Below are positions 17,340 through 27,100 of a stretch of 34,561 nt of DNA, piece after piece. The stretch is from Deferribacteres bacterium. GTDB lineage: Bacteria > Nitrospirota > Thermodesulfovibrionia > UBA6902. Below the pieces are notes generated by a model. It was given only the letters and a program-made list of their open reading frames with translations. It had not been told where the DNA came from and searched no databases. Made by a program: the position numbers and the translations under genes. The stretch covers positions 1 to 34,561 of the forward strand of contig JAADFS010000192.1 of assembly GCA_013152795.1 (NCBI GenBank), written 5' to 3'. The stretch's first letter is position 1. Each line of letters opens with the position of its first letter.

Positions 17340-17359
17340 TTTTATTACGTGTAATAAAA
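17340..17359. promoter_or_regulatory. AT-rich 9-2-9 palindrome upstream of the repeat-protein gene (possible operator)
   Basis: TTTTATTAC-GT-GTAATAAAA, about 10 nt upstream of the SD. Confidence 0.4.
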
Positions 17360-17380
17360 ATTACACGGGGGGAGGCTGTT

Positions 17381-19825
17381 ATGAAATCAAGGAATTCATA
17401 TCTGATTCTGGGTGTGCTTATGATCGCCCTGCTGATGCCGTCTTCAGCAGGCGCAGCCTGGCGGACAGGCTGTGTGGATTGTCCGCGTCTTTTTTATCGT
17501 ATAGATATGCGGACGCTGGCGGTGGATTCTTCCGGGAATCCACATATTGTTTACGGTGGAGGGGGCTGGATCGGAGATGGTGTATATTATGCATATTATG
17601 ACGGAGACTCATGGCATATCGAAACAGTGGACGACAGGGGTGGTGGCACTCTCTCCATAGCCATAGACTCCTCGGATAAAGCGCATATCAGCTATGACGG
17701 CAGCGGCGGGTTGAAACATGCAACCAATGCATCCGGCTCGTGGGTGATTGAGACAGTGGACATTGAAGGAGGCGGTCGTCCCTCCATAGCCATAGACTCC
17801 TCGGATAAGATTCATATCAGTTATGGCAGCAGCCCTCTGAAATATGCGACGAATGCATCCGGTTCATGGGTGATTGAGACAGTGGAGGACGTGGGAGCCT
17901 GGTCTAACTCCATAGCGGCAGACTCGTCAGGCAACGTGCATATCACTTATCGTTATTCTACTGCTGATTCAAAAGATTACATCCTCAAATACGCGACGAA
18001 TGCATCCGGCTCATGGGTAACCGAGATTATAGACAGCGACGGAAGGGTAGGTGAGCATCACTCCATAGCTGTCGACTCATCGGATAAAGTGCATATTGCG
18101 TATGATTATTATCTTTATCTGAAATATGCGACGAATGCATCCGGCTCATGGGTAACCGAAATTGTAGACAGCGACGGAAGGGTGGGTGAGAGTAACTCCA
18201 TAGCCGTAGACTCGTCAGACAACGTGCACATCAGTTACGGTGATTATACCAGTTATCCGTATTATCAACTGAAATACGCAACAAATGCCTCAGGTTCATG
18301 GGTCACCGAGATAGTGGACGATAGCGCTGTATTATCGATTTTCTCCAGGACCTCCATAGCCGTAGATTCCTCAGATAATGTGCATATCAGTTACGTCCAT
18401 GACAGTCCTATTCCTACTTATATTTTTCCGAAGTTCTACCTCAGATATGCAACCAATGCATCCGGTTCGTGGGTCACCGAGACAGTGGACAGTGGCAGGA
18501 AAGTCAGCAAGTATAGTTCGGTAGCCATGGATTCAACAGGTAATGCACATATTAGTTATGTCAGCGATGAAGGTCTGATACATATGACCAACAACGTGGG
18601 TTCTTGGATAACCGAGGTTGTGGTCAGTGGGTTGGGAAGCTGGCCCAACTCCATAGCTGTAGACTCGGCAGACAATGTACATATCGGTTATCTCGGTGAT
18701 CAAGGTTTGATACACGTTACAAATGAGCAGGGTTCATGGGCAAGCGAAATTGTGGATACTAATGGAGGCATATCCAACTCCATCGTCATAGACTCCTCGG
18801 ATAAAGTGCATATTAGTTATCTTAGTCATTATGAGGACAAGGCCTATCCAAATGAGTATCTGAAATATGCGACAAATGCATCCGGTTCATGGGTCACTGA
18901 GACCGTATTGGTCGGCGCTGCAGGTGAATACTTTCACAACTCTATAGCCCTGGATTCTTCGGATAAGGTACATATTACTTATCGGGATGCGTACTGGCTG
19001 GTATTGCCAAGTAATATCAACCATGTGACGAATGCATCCGGTTCATGGATCACTGAGGTTGTCGATCGTGATGGAATGGCTCCTTCCATAGCCATAGACT
19101 CCGCAGACAATGTGCATATCAGTTATTTTTATCCTGTTTATTATTCAAGTTACAGATACCTGAAACATGCGACGAATGCATCCGGTTCGTGGGTGAATGA
19201 AGTTGTAGATAACACAGGAAGCCCGTCTTTCATAGCCATAGACTCCGCAGACAATGTGCATATCAGTTATAGCAACGCTCAATCTCTGATGTATATGACA
19301 AATGCATCGGGTTCATGGGTGAGCGAAACGGTGGACAGCGATGCAGGTGAGGTGATCTCCATGGCGATGGATTCAACGGATAAGGTTTACATTGTCTACT
19401 ATGACAGATTTCATTTTGACCTCAAGTATGCAACAAACAAGCCCTTGCCTGACATCTCGGTAACCGACTCGGTCGACCCCGCGGATGACCTCCAGATACC
19501 GTTTGGTGAAGTAAGGGGAGGCAGGTCACCAAGCCGGACAGCAACTGTAACAAATATTGCAGACAGCGGCAGCGAAAACCTTGTGATCAGTGCTGTATAT
19601 CTGACAGGTGCGAATCCGGAACAATTCGAGATATGGAAGGATAATTGTTCTGATACGGCATTAGCATCGTCCGGAAGCTGTACGATACGAGTGGTATTCA
19701 CGCCTGAAGAGGAAGGAGTGTACAGTGCAAGGCTGGGCATAGACAGCAACGACCCCGACACACCTACAGTTTATGTGAAATTAACCGGGACAAGCGTTGC
19801 AAAGCGCAAGCAGGGCCGCAGATAG
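17381..19825 (+). CDS. Secreted 14-repeat beta-propeller protein with C-terminal Ig-like (choice-of-anchor D/ASH-like) domain
   Basis: Signal peptide ending AGA; 14 copies of SIAxDSSDxxHIxY...LKYATNASGSWxxExVD; C-terminal PDISVT..FG.V..VTN..L.I...SCTI.V.F.P..SNDPD; GGAGG SD. Confidence 0.85.
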   Translation: MKSRNSYLILGVLMIALLMPSSAGAAWRTGCVDCPRLFYRIDMRTLAVDSSGNPHIVYGGGGWIGDGVYYAYYDGDSWHIETVDDRGGGTLSIAIDSSDKAHISYDGSGGLKHATNASGSWVIETVDIEGGGRPSIAIDSSDKIHISYGSSPLKYATNASGSWVIETVEDVGAWSNSIAADSSGNVHITYRYSTADSKDYILKYATNASGSWVTEIIDSDGRVGEHHSIAVDSSDKVHIAYDYYLYLKYATNASGSWVTEIVDSDGRVGESNSIAVDSSDNVHISYGDYTSYPYYQLKYATNASGSWVTEIVDDSAVLSIFSRTSIAVDSSDNVHISYVHDSPIPTYIFPKFYLRYATNASGSWVTETVDSGRKVSKYSSVAMDSTGNAHISYVSDEGLIHMTNNVGSWITEVVVSGLGSWPNSIAVDSADNVHIGYLGDQGLIHVTNEQGSWASEIVDTNGGISNSIVIDSSDKVHISYLSHYEDKAYPNEYLKYATNASGSWVTETVLVGAAGEYFHNSIALDSSDKVHITYRDAYWLVLPSNINHVTNASGSWITEVVDRDGMAPSIAIDSADNVHISYFYPVYYSSYRYLKHATNASGSWVNEVVDNTGSPSFIAIDSADNVHISYSNAQSLMYMTNASGSWVSETVDSDAGEVISMAMDSTDKVYIVYYDRFHFDLKYATNKPLPDISVTDSVDPADDLQIPFGEVRGGRSPSRTATVTNIADSGSENLVISAVYLTGANPEQFEIWKDNCSDTALASSGSCTIRVVFTPEEEGVYSARLGIDSNDPDTPTVYVKLTGTSVAKRKQGRR

Positions 19826-19842
19826 CCCTGAGAGAGATCTGC

Positions 19843-19881
19843 GGGGATTGCAAAGCCGGAAGATCCGGCTTTACAATCCCC
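19843..19881. terminator. 18-bp stem hairpin (terminator or REP-like) between the two paralogues
   Basis: GGGGATTGCAAAGCCGGA-AGA-TCCGGCTTTACAATCCCC, one mismatch; only a weak U-tract. Confidence 0.6.
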
Positions 19882-19960
19882 ATTTATAACCGTAAAAAGT
19901 ATTTCTCAGCTTTTTCTTTCCGAGGGGGTAAATATTAATGCAATAAAGGGGGAGGCTGTC

Positions 19961-22377
19961 ATGAAATCAAGAAATTCATATTTGATTCCGGGCGTTCTCA
20001 TAATCGCCCTGCTGTTGCCCTATTCAGCACTTGCCGGCTGGCGGACGGGGTGTGTGGATTGTCCACGTTATTTCGATGGTATGAATTCCAGGTCACTGGC
20101 GCTGGATTCTTCGGGGAATCCCCATATTGTTTATGGAAGTAGAGACGGTGTATATTATGCCTGGTATGACGGAGTTTCCTGGCATACTGAGACAGTGAAC
20201 ATCGATGGAGGCATATTTGCCTCCATAGCCATAGCCATAGACTCGTCAGATAAGGTACATATTATTTATTATGACGGTTATCCAAATAGGGCCCTGAAAT
20301 ACGCCACGAATGCCTCCGGCTCATGGGTGTCTGAAGTTGTGGACAGCGACGGAGGCTGGGCTACCTCCATAGCCATAGACTCATCAGATAAGGTGCATAT
20401 CAGTTATTCCTATTATCGTGGTTATCCGGACTACATCAATGCCCTGAAGTATGCGACGAATGCCTCCGGCTCATGGGTGTCTGAAGTTGTGGACAGCGAC
20501 GGAGGCTGGGCTACCTCCATAGCCATAGACTCATCAGATAAGGTGATATCAGTTATAATGTTAGTTATCCAAATTATGACCTGAAATATGCAACAAATGC
20601 CTCCGGCTCATGGGCGACTGAGATTGTGGACAGCGGTGAGGGCTGGGCTACCTCCATAGCCATAGACTCATCAGATAAGGTGCATATCAGTTATAATGTT
20701 GATTATCCAAATTATGACCTGAAATATGCAACAAACGCCTCAGGCTCATGGGTGTCTGAGATTGTGGACAGCAGAAGCATGTATCCCTCCATAGCCATAG
20801 ACTCATCGGATAAGGCGCATATCAGTTATTATAACCATTCGGATTACGACCTGAAATATGCCACGAATGCCTCCGGCTTATGGGTGACCGAGATTGTGGA
20901 CGATAAAGCAAGTTTAAAAGGAGACAATGGTAACTCCTCCATAGCGGTGGATTCATCAGATAATGTGCATATCAGTTATCTGTTCGCTCATATCGGTTAT
21001 ACGTCTGATTATGAATATGGCTTTACTGACCTCAAGTATGCAGTGAATTCATCCGGTTCATGGGTAATCGAGACAGTAGACAGCGGCAGAAAAGCCAGCG
21101 ATGGTTCAGTAGCAATAGATTCGTCAGATATGCTGCATATCAGTTATGTAACCGATCAGGGTTTGATGTACATGACGAATGCCTCAGGCTCATGGGTGAC
21201 TGAGATTGTGGACAGCGGCGGAAGCTGGGCTCCTTATATAGCCATAGACTCCTCAGATAAGGCGCATATCAGTTATGATAGTTATCCCTTCGAGAGGGGT
21301 GTAAAATATGCCACGAATGCCTCCGGTTCATGGGTAACTGAGATTATGGACAGCAAGAGCAAAGCCGATGTTACTTCCATAGCCATAGACTCATCGGATA
21401 AGGTGCATATTAGTTATTATAGCTATGATCCGGATTACGCCCTGAAATATACAACGAATGCCTCAGGCTTATGGGTGACTGAGATTGTGGACAGCAAAAG
21501 CAAATCTGCGGTTCCTTCTATAGCCATAGACTCCTCAGATAAGGCGCATATTAGTTATAACAGCAATTATCCGGATTTCGACCTGAAATACGCCACGAAT
21601 GCTTCGGGCTCATGGGTGTCTGAGATTGTGGACAGCTATGTGGACATTTTTTCCTCCATAGCCATAGACTCCTCAGATAAGGCACATATTAGTTATAACA
21701 GCAATTATCCGGATTCCAGCCTGAAATACGCCACTAATGCTTCGGGCTCATGGGTGTCTGAGATTGTGGACAGCGACGGAGGCTGGTCTAACTTCATAGC
21801 CATAGACTCCTCAGATAAGGCGCATATTAGTTATATCTCCCGTAGCAGTTTGAAATACGCTACGAATGCCTCCGGCTCATGGGAGGTTGAAACAGTGGTG
21901 AATCAAGGCAGGCCTAACTCCATAGCCATGGATTCATCAGACAATGTTTATATTATTTATTATGATATAGAGCATTATGACCTCAGGTATGCAACCAACA
22001 AGCCCTTACCGGAAATCTCGGCGACCGACTCGGTCGATCCCGCCGGTGACCTCCTGATACCGTTTGGTGAAGTAAGGGGAGGCAGGCCGTCAAGACAGAC
22101 AGCCACTGTAACAAATACCGGAGACGCAGACCTTGTAATCAGCGAGGTATATTTGACAGGCGCGGATCCGGAACAATTCGATATACGAAAGGACACCTGT
22201 TCAAATATGCCTGTAGCGCCCTCCGGAAGCTGCACGATAGATGTGGTATTCACTCCTCAAGAGGCAGGTGTGTACAGTGCAAGGCTGGGCATAGACAGCA
22301 ACGACCTCGACACACCGGAGCTTTATGTAAAGTTAACCGGGACAGGTATTGCAATGCGCATGAAAAGCCGCAAATAG
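19961..22377 (+). pseudogene. Paralogous 14-repeat beta-propeller/Ig-like secreted protein, frameshifted
   Basis: ORFs 19961-20584 and 20626-22377 join if one C is restored between 20545 and 20546 (aaggtg-atatc versus aaggtgcatatc in neighbouring repeats). Signal peptide and C-terminal domain are closely similar to the upstream gene. Could be a sequencing error. Confidence 0.8.
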
Positions 22378-22464
22378 CCCTGAGAGATATATGCAGGGGA
22401 AGGAATCCCCCCTGATGAGGTTGCAACGGATGAGAACAATGGTGAAACGGTTCCTGTTGAGACT

Positions 22465-23365
22465 TCAGTACGGGTATCCCACCGATCTGAAAATCTCCCT
22501 GCACTCTTTCTCCTTTTCAACATCCGGTCTTATGCCGTTCAGTGCGGCGGGCGCATCCTTTCCGAGGGATTGTCTTTTTGCAATCCCCCCTGAATTATAG
22601 GGCAGCAGTTCATAATATGCGCAGCCTGTGTTTTTAATGAAAGAGGCGATACCGGTGAGATTCTCCGCCGTTGCCGTAATACCGGGGACAAGGGGTACTC
22701 TCGGGATGACCTGAATGTCCCGTGCCTGAACCAGGCTCGTGAAATTCTCCAGTATCGCATCATTCACTCTGCCCGTATATTTCTCATGCTCATGCCGGTC
22801 AATAAACTTGATGTCGTAATATATGAGGTCAACATAGGGCAGAATGCCTGTCCTGAATCCGGTGGATCCCGGATGTCTGGATTGCAATGTGAATATTGTT
22901 TTTCTTCAGTTCTTCCATTACCGGCTGAAGGTAACGGGTATAAAGCGCCGGCTCCCCACCTGAGAAAGTCACACCGCCGTTTGAGGTCTCATAAAAGACG
23001 CGGTCTCTCAAGAGTATCTCCACGAGTTCGCCGGCAAGATAATATCCGCCTATCAGCTCCACGGCCCCCGCAGGACAGATGTCCGCGCATCTGCCGCATG
23101 CAGTGCATTGCTCCCTGTTTATCCTCTGCATGTCATGCATACTGACCGCACCTTCGCTGCATACCCTCCGGCAGTCTCCGCACAGTATGCACCTGTCAGG
23201 ATAAAAGGCGACCTCGGCGGCAGGGTCCATGGATTCAGGATTGTGGCACCAGATGCACGAAAGAGGGCATCCCTTGAGAAAAACGGTGGTCCTTATGCCC
23301 GGGCCGTCATCAAGGGCAAAGCGGCGTATATTGAATATCAACGGCTGTTTTTGTTTCCTGCTCAT
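22465..23365 (-). pseudogene. Glycyl-radical enzyme activating protein (radical SAM), frameshifted
   Basis: DGPGIRTTVFLKGCPLSCIWCHNPE, two ferredoxin motifs and GGVTFSGGEP in ORF 22829-23365. The C-terminal half (DLIYYDIK..H..YTG..N..IL.N, RVPLVPG, LLPYN) is in another frame. Break near 22860-22875. Confidence 0.85.
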
Positions 23366-23823
23366 ACACTCCCTGTTGCCATCAACTGGAGACGCTTTGC
23401 CATATAGGCGAATTTGTACAGATAGTTGAGATTGCCGCGGGGCGTTACATCCTGCCTGAGCATTGAGCCGAGGATATCGGGTTTGGGTGAAATGAGATAG
23501 TTCAGGAGCACCCTGCCGTTTCTGAACTCTATCGTGATATCGGGATTATCTATTAATCTCTCGGAGACCCTCATCCTGTTGTCTCTGAAAACCGCTGAAA
23601 CGGTTATGCTCCCGTCCCTGCTCTTGAAGAGATACCTTCCGTTGAATCCCTCTATATTCCGCCTGAAGTCCCCGTAGTTTACAAGGAAGACAAGGCTCAT
23701 GAGTTTTAACAGTGTCTCCAGGAACTCCTCGGCGAACTCGGACTCCATGCACCTGAGCCATTTCTTCATCAGCCATCTGGCCCTGAGTTTCCGGAAAAGT
23801 ATGAAGTTCAGAAAATCTTCCAT
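23362..23823 (-). CDS. SCP2 sterol/lipid-binding-like protein
   Basis: F..NIEGFNGRYLF, F....M.V.....PDITIEF, D....L...V...GNLNYLYKF pattern resembles the SCP2 fold; lies between the GRE and its activase, with an ATGA overlap to the activase. Confidence 0.6.
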   Translation of the reverse strand: MEDFLNFILFRKLRARWLMKKWLRCMESEFAEEFLETLLKLMSLVFLVNYGDFRRNIEGFNGRYLFKSRDGSITVSAVFRDNRMRVSERLIDNPDITIEFRNGRVLLNYLISPKPDILGSMLRQDVTPRGNLNYLYKFAYMAKRLQLMATGSV

Positions 23824-23838
23824 CCATTGCCTCCTTCT

Positions 23839-26319
23839 CTACTCATACGGCAGCATTGATTTATGCGCCTCGGGAAACGGGTTTGCCTTGCCGGTCCTTA
23901 TGTCGTATTCGGTCCTGGTGATGATCTCTTCCTTCATCGCCTCGTTCAGGGCATTGAAGTATGCCGAATATCCCGATACCCTTACGAGAAGCTCCGGATA
24001 TTTATCCGGATTATTCCTGGCATCAAGAAGGGTTTCGTAAGACATGATATTAAACTGCACATGAAGGCCCCCGCTCCTGAAATACGCCTCCACAGCCGAG
24101 GCGAATCTCTCGAGGTCCTCCTCACCTGAAACAGACGGATATTTCAGGTTGAGGGCCTCTCCCATGGGGATGCAGAGACCGTCAAGGCCGCCCACTGTCC
24201 TGAGGCACGCGGCCAGGTCCCGGGCGGCCTGCGATACAGGGGTGATGCCGCTGGCGAATACCTCATAAGCCCTTCTGCCGTTGGGAAGCGCGCCGGAGAG
24301 CTTTCCCTGGCCTGCATGATTGGTCGTTGTCCAGTAAGCCGGCCTGTATTTGCCTCCGCGGTAGTTTGTATGGCCCTGGTAGAAATCATACAGGAAGCGT
24401 ATGAGGTTCTGCGAGTTCTTCACTGCAACAGGGTCTTCAGTGCCGTATTTGGGGGTCCTGTTGACAAGGTATGCATGCAGCTTTTCATGCCCGTTGAAGT
24501 TCGCCTTCAGGGCCTGGATGAGTTCGGCGAATGTGCATTTCCCCTCAATGAAGACCGCCTTCTCTATTGCATTGAGTGAATCAACGGTGTCGGCAAACCC
24601 GATATGGGTCGCGCCCGAGGCATTATACAGCGCGCCTCCGAATATAAGGTCCTTCCCCTTTTCCATAGGCCCCTCGAAAAAGGCCGAAAGCAGGGGCGTG
24701 GGATATATCTCCTGGTGCACGAGGCCGAAGTATTCGTTTAATTCAATGGCCTTGCCCATGAGCCAGGAAGCCTGTTTCTTGAATGCCTCCCAGAACTCTT
24801 CAAAGCTCCTGAACTCCTCGGGGTCGCCGGTCACAGGCCCTATCTGTTCATCACCGACAACGGGTCTTTTGCCGTTGTAGAGGGCCAGCTCAAGCGCCGA
24901 GACAAGATTGAACATGATGGAGCTTGAGGCATCATAGCTCTTGCCGGGGATGCCCATCTCCACGCAGCCGATTATACCGTAGTCCCGCGCATGTTCTGTC
25001 TTCACACCCTGGTTTTCAAGTGTCACAATGTCAACCACGTCATTATGAAATGCCGGCACGGCCCTTGTGTTCACTATAACCTCCGCGACCCTGTCGCGGT
25101 ACTCCCTGGTATTTTTCTCATAATGATACCTCGCGTTCATACTGGGGTCCCTGAGTTTGAGAAGCTCCGTCACCCTGAGTATGATATAGGTCAATTCATT
25201 GACCGCATCTTCACCGTTTTCGTCCACCCCGCCTACCGTAACCGCCGGGACGGTACCCGCTCCGCCCCAGAGTTCTTCAGCGGTCTCGGGCACGAGATTG
25301 GTGTTGTCGTTGAGCTTCAGCCAGAGACAGCTCATTATTTCAACGGCCTCTCTGTCGGTCAGGGTCCCGTTGTCAATATCATTCCTGTAGTATTTATAGA
25401 GCACCTGGTCGAGCCTCCCCGGGCTCATGGCCATATTGATGCTTTCGGCGTGGATGCCCACCTGTATAATCCACAGGGAATTGACGGCCTCGCGGAATGT
25501 GCCCGCAGGTTTTGCAGGCACCCTTGCGCATATTTCGGACATTGTCCGGAAATTCTGTTTCCTGAACGGGTCGTCCGTCTCTGCTGCAAGCTCAGCGGCC
25601 CTTCTGCTCAGGTTCCGTGCGTATGCAATAATTCCCTGAAGCGCTATTTGGACAGCCTGGTAAAACTCAAGCTTCTGTTTGTTTTCACCGGTGATATTCC
25701 CGCTCTCCCGGATATGCCTTTCCCTTGAGGCTGCCTCTTCAATGATGAATTCCAGCCCCCTGTCCAGTGCAACCTCGTATCCGGGAATGGTATGGGATAT
25801 GGTGCCGGCCTTGCCTGCTATGAAAAAGACGAACTTTTCAAAGAGGCCCATGCACTCGGGATTGTTATATTTTTTCCTGGTGTATTCAATAATGTTCCGC
25901 TCCATCCAGTAGGGGTAAATCTCGAAGTTCAGCTCATCGGCATCTTCAGGCGACAGCTTCAGCGGATTCTTCTTCCTGTCACTGATGGTATCCAGCTCGG
26001 GCCATATGGTCATCCCTGTATACTCCGGGTACACGGGTGCACCGAAGGCCTTTGAAGTGGTCGTGCCTGCAAGCAGGTTATCATCGAAAAAGAGCGGTTC
26101 CTTGTTGGAAAGGAAATAATTGACCGCCTTTGCATAACGGATTTCCGCGGGCTCCTCATCAGTGGACATATTCTTCAGATAATGTGTTAAATGCCTCGCG
26201 CGTTCAATACAGACCTCGGGCCTTATTTTGATCTGTGATTCCCTCAGCCTCCTTATCAGGTCCAGGTTGTCAAGCGAATACTCCCTGAGCCGGATATCTT
26301 TTAAACGAATGGACGACAT
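23839..26319 (-). CDS. Glycyl radical enzyme (PFL superfamily, not canonical PflB), substrate unknown
   Basis: 826 aa; SPGRLDQ, TVGGVD..G.DAVNELTY, single-Cys loop IIGCVE, LPNGR, QFNI, Gly loop LLVRVSGYSAYF; AAGGAGG SD. Confidence 0.93.
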   Translation of the reverse strand: MSSIRLKDIRLREYSLDNLDLIRRLRESQIKIRPEVCIERARHLTHYLKNMSTDEEPAEIRYAKAVNYFLSNKEPLFFDDNLLAGTTTSKAFGAPVYPEYTGMTIWPELDTISDRKKNPLKLSPEDADELNFEIYPYWMERNIIEYTRKKYNNPECMGLFEKFVFFIAGKAGTISHTIPGYEVALDRGLEFIIEEAASRERHIRESGNITGENKQKLEFYQAVQIALQGIIAYARNLSRRAAELAAETDDPFRKQNFRTMSEICARVPAKPAGTFREAVNSLWIIQVGIHAESINMAMSPGRLDQVLYKYYRNDIDNGTLTDREAVEIMSCLWLKLNDNTNLVPETAEELWGGAGTVPAVTVGGVDENGEDAVNELTYIILRVTELLKLRDPSMNARYHYEKNTREYRDRVAEVIVNTRAVPAFHNDVVDIVTLENQGVKTEHARDYGIIGCVEMGIPGKSYDASSSIMFNLVSALELALYNGKRPVVGDEQIGPVTGDPEEFRSFEEFWEAFKKQASWLMGKAIELNEYFGLVHQEIYPTPLLSAFFEGPMEKGKDLIFGGALYNASGATHIGFADTVDSLNAIEKAVFIEGKCTFAELIQALKANFNGHEKLHAYLVNRTPKYGTEDPVAVKNSQNLIRFLYDFYQGHTNYRGGKYRPAYWTTTNHAGQGKLSGALPNGRRAYEVFASGITPVSQAARDLAACLRTVGGLDGLCIPMGEALNLKYPSVSGEEDLERFASAVEAYFRSGGLHVQFNIMSYETLLDARNNPDKYPELLVRVSGYSAYFNALNEAMKEEIITRTEYDIRTGKANPFPEAHKSMLPYE

Positions 26320-26388
26320 ACCGCCTCCTTTATGGTTTCCTGACAGTACAAATAATTCTCACATTCCCCCGGCAGATTCCTCTGCCCT

Positions 26389-26405
26389 GTTTATGCAACA
26401 TTAAG
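26389..26405 (+). repeat. Dispersed intergenic motif, copy A
   Basis: GTTTATGCAACATTAAG; adjacent hairpin GGCAGA-TTCC-TCTGCC at 26371-26386. Confidence 0.85.
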
Positions 26406-26412
26406 ATAAAGT

Positions 26413-26820
26413 TTAAATTGGATACAAAGCAACATTGAGTCTGTTGAAATGTTTCCTGTTGAAAGTCACTACACCTTCAGCATTAAGCTTTTTCGACAGG
26501 ACAGAGATATACGCATCTGCAAACTCTACCGGGTGCATTTTGTAAACCTCTAATGACTCTGTAATAATGTCAATATCGGAAACATCAAGTCCGGGAATAC
26601 CCGCGATGCTTAAAAGGCAGTTGTATATTTCACTCTTTTTCATTTCATAAAATGATTTCAATGTCCATGCAAGCTCAAAAAACACGGGCGGTCCCGTCAC
26701 AAGACGTATCTTCCCTTTTTCCGCCCTGTCCAGAAGTTTTTCAACCCTGTCCGCATGTTCAGGTTCGTCGTTGACAAGATAACGGATGAAGACATTTGTA
26801 TCAACAAAGTATTTCTTCAT
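26413..26820 (-). CDS. vapC: PIN-domain toxin (VapC-like)
   Basis: FVDTNVFIRYL, FELAW, FADAYI, VTFNRKHF PIN signature; overlaps the antitoxin stop. Confidence 0.88.
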   Translation of the reverse strand: MKKYFVDTNVFIRYLVNDEPEHADRVEKLLDRAEKGKIRLVTGPPVFFELAWTLKSFYEMKKSEIYNCLLSIAGIPGLDVSDIDIITESLEVYKMHPVEFADAYISVLSKKLNAEGVVTFNRKHFNRLNVALYPI

Positions 26821-27053
26821 TTATCCTTTCCCGTCACATGTTTTGAAACAGCCGCCTGCATTGCCCTGCGGGCAGAACCTTTTTTCGCGGGGATACTGCC
26901 CCTTAACTTTCTGAAAGAGGGAACCGATTTCAAAATAATTTCTCCATCCCTCATAATAATCTCAACCTTGTCTCTGGGTTTTATGTCAAGCTTATTCCTT
27001 ATGTAGGAAGGAAGCGTTATCTGCCCCTTTGATGAAACTGTAGCAAATCCCAT
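26817..27053 (-). CDS. AbrB/MazE/SpoVT-family antitoxin
   Basis: ATVSSKGQITLPSYIRNKLDIKPRDKVEI; AAGGAGG SD; upstream of the PIN gene. Confidence 0.9.
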   Translation of the reverse strand: MGFATVSSKGQITLPSYIRNKLDIKPRDKVEIIMRDGEIILKSVPSFRKLRGSIPAKKGSARRAMQAAVSKHVTGKDK

Positions 27054-27075
27054 CAAATTCCTCCTTTTCCTTTTT

Positions 27076-27100
27076 GCTTTACTATTATATCATGTAAAGC
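27076..27100 (-). promoter_or_regulatory. TA promoter with palindromic operator
   Basis: GCTTTAC-N11-GTAAAGC inverted repeat enclosing an extended -10 (minus strand TG-A-TATAAT). Confidence 0.7.

Noticed and set aside
17340-17359. parS site downstream of parB
   Set aside because: The palindrome does not match TGTTTCACGTGAAACA; no parS was recognised in the window.
17600-21950. CRISPR-like periodic repeats with variable spacers
   Set aside because: The repeats are in-frame coding units of about 130-170 bp with synonymous variation, and no cas genes are present.
17381-22377. Diversity-generating retroelement explanation for the variable loops
   Set aside because: No reverse transcriptase in the window, and differences between near-identical repeats are not adenine-specific and include length changes.
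23839-26319. Pyruvate formate-lyase or fumarate-adding alkyl/benzylsuccinate synthase
   Set aside because: Single-Cys GCVE loop rather than the PFL Cys-Cys pair, and no small Fe-S subunits typical of bss/ass operons.
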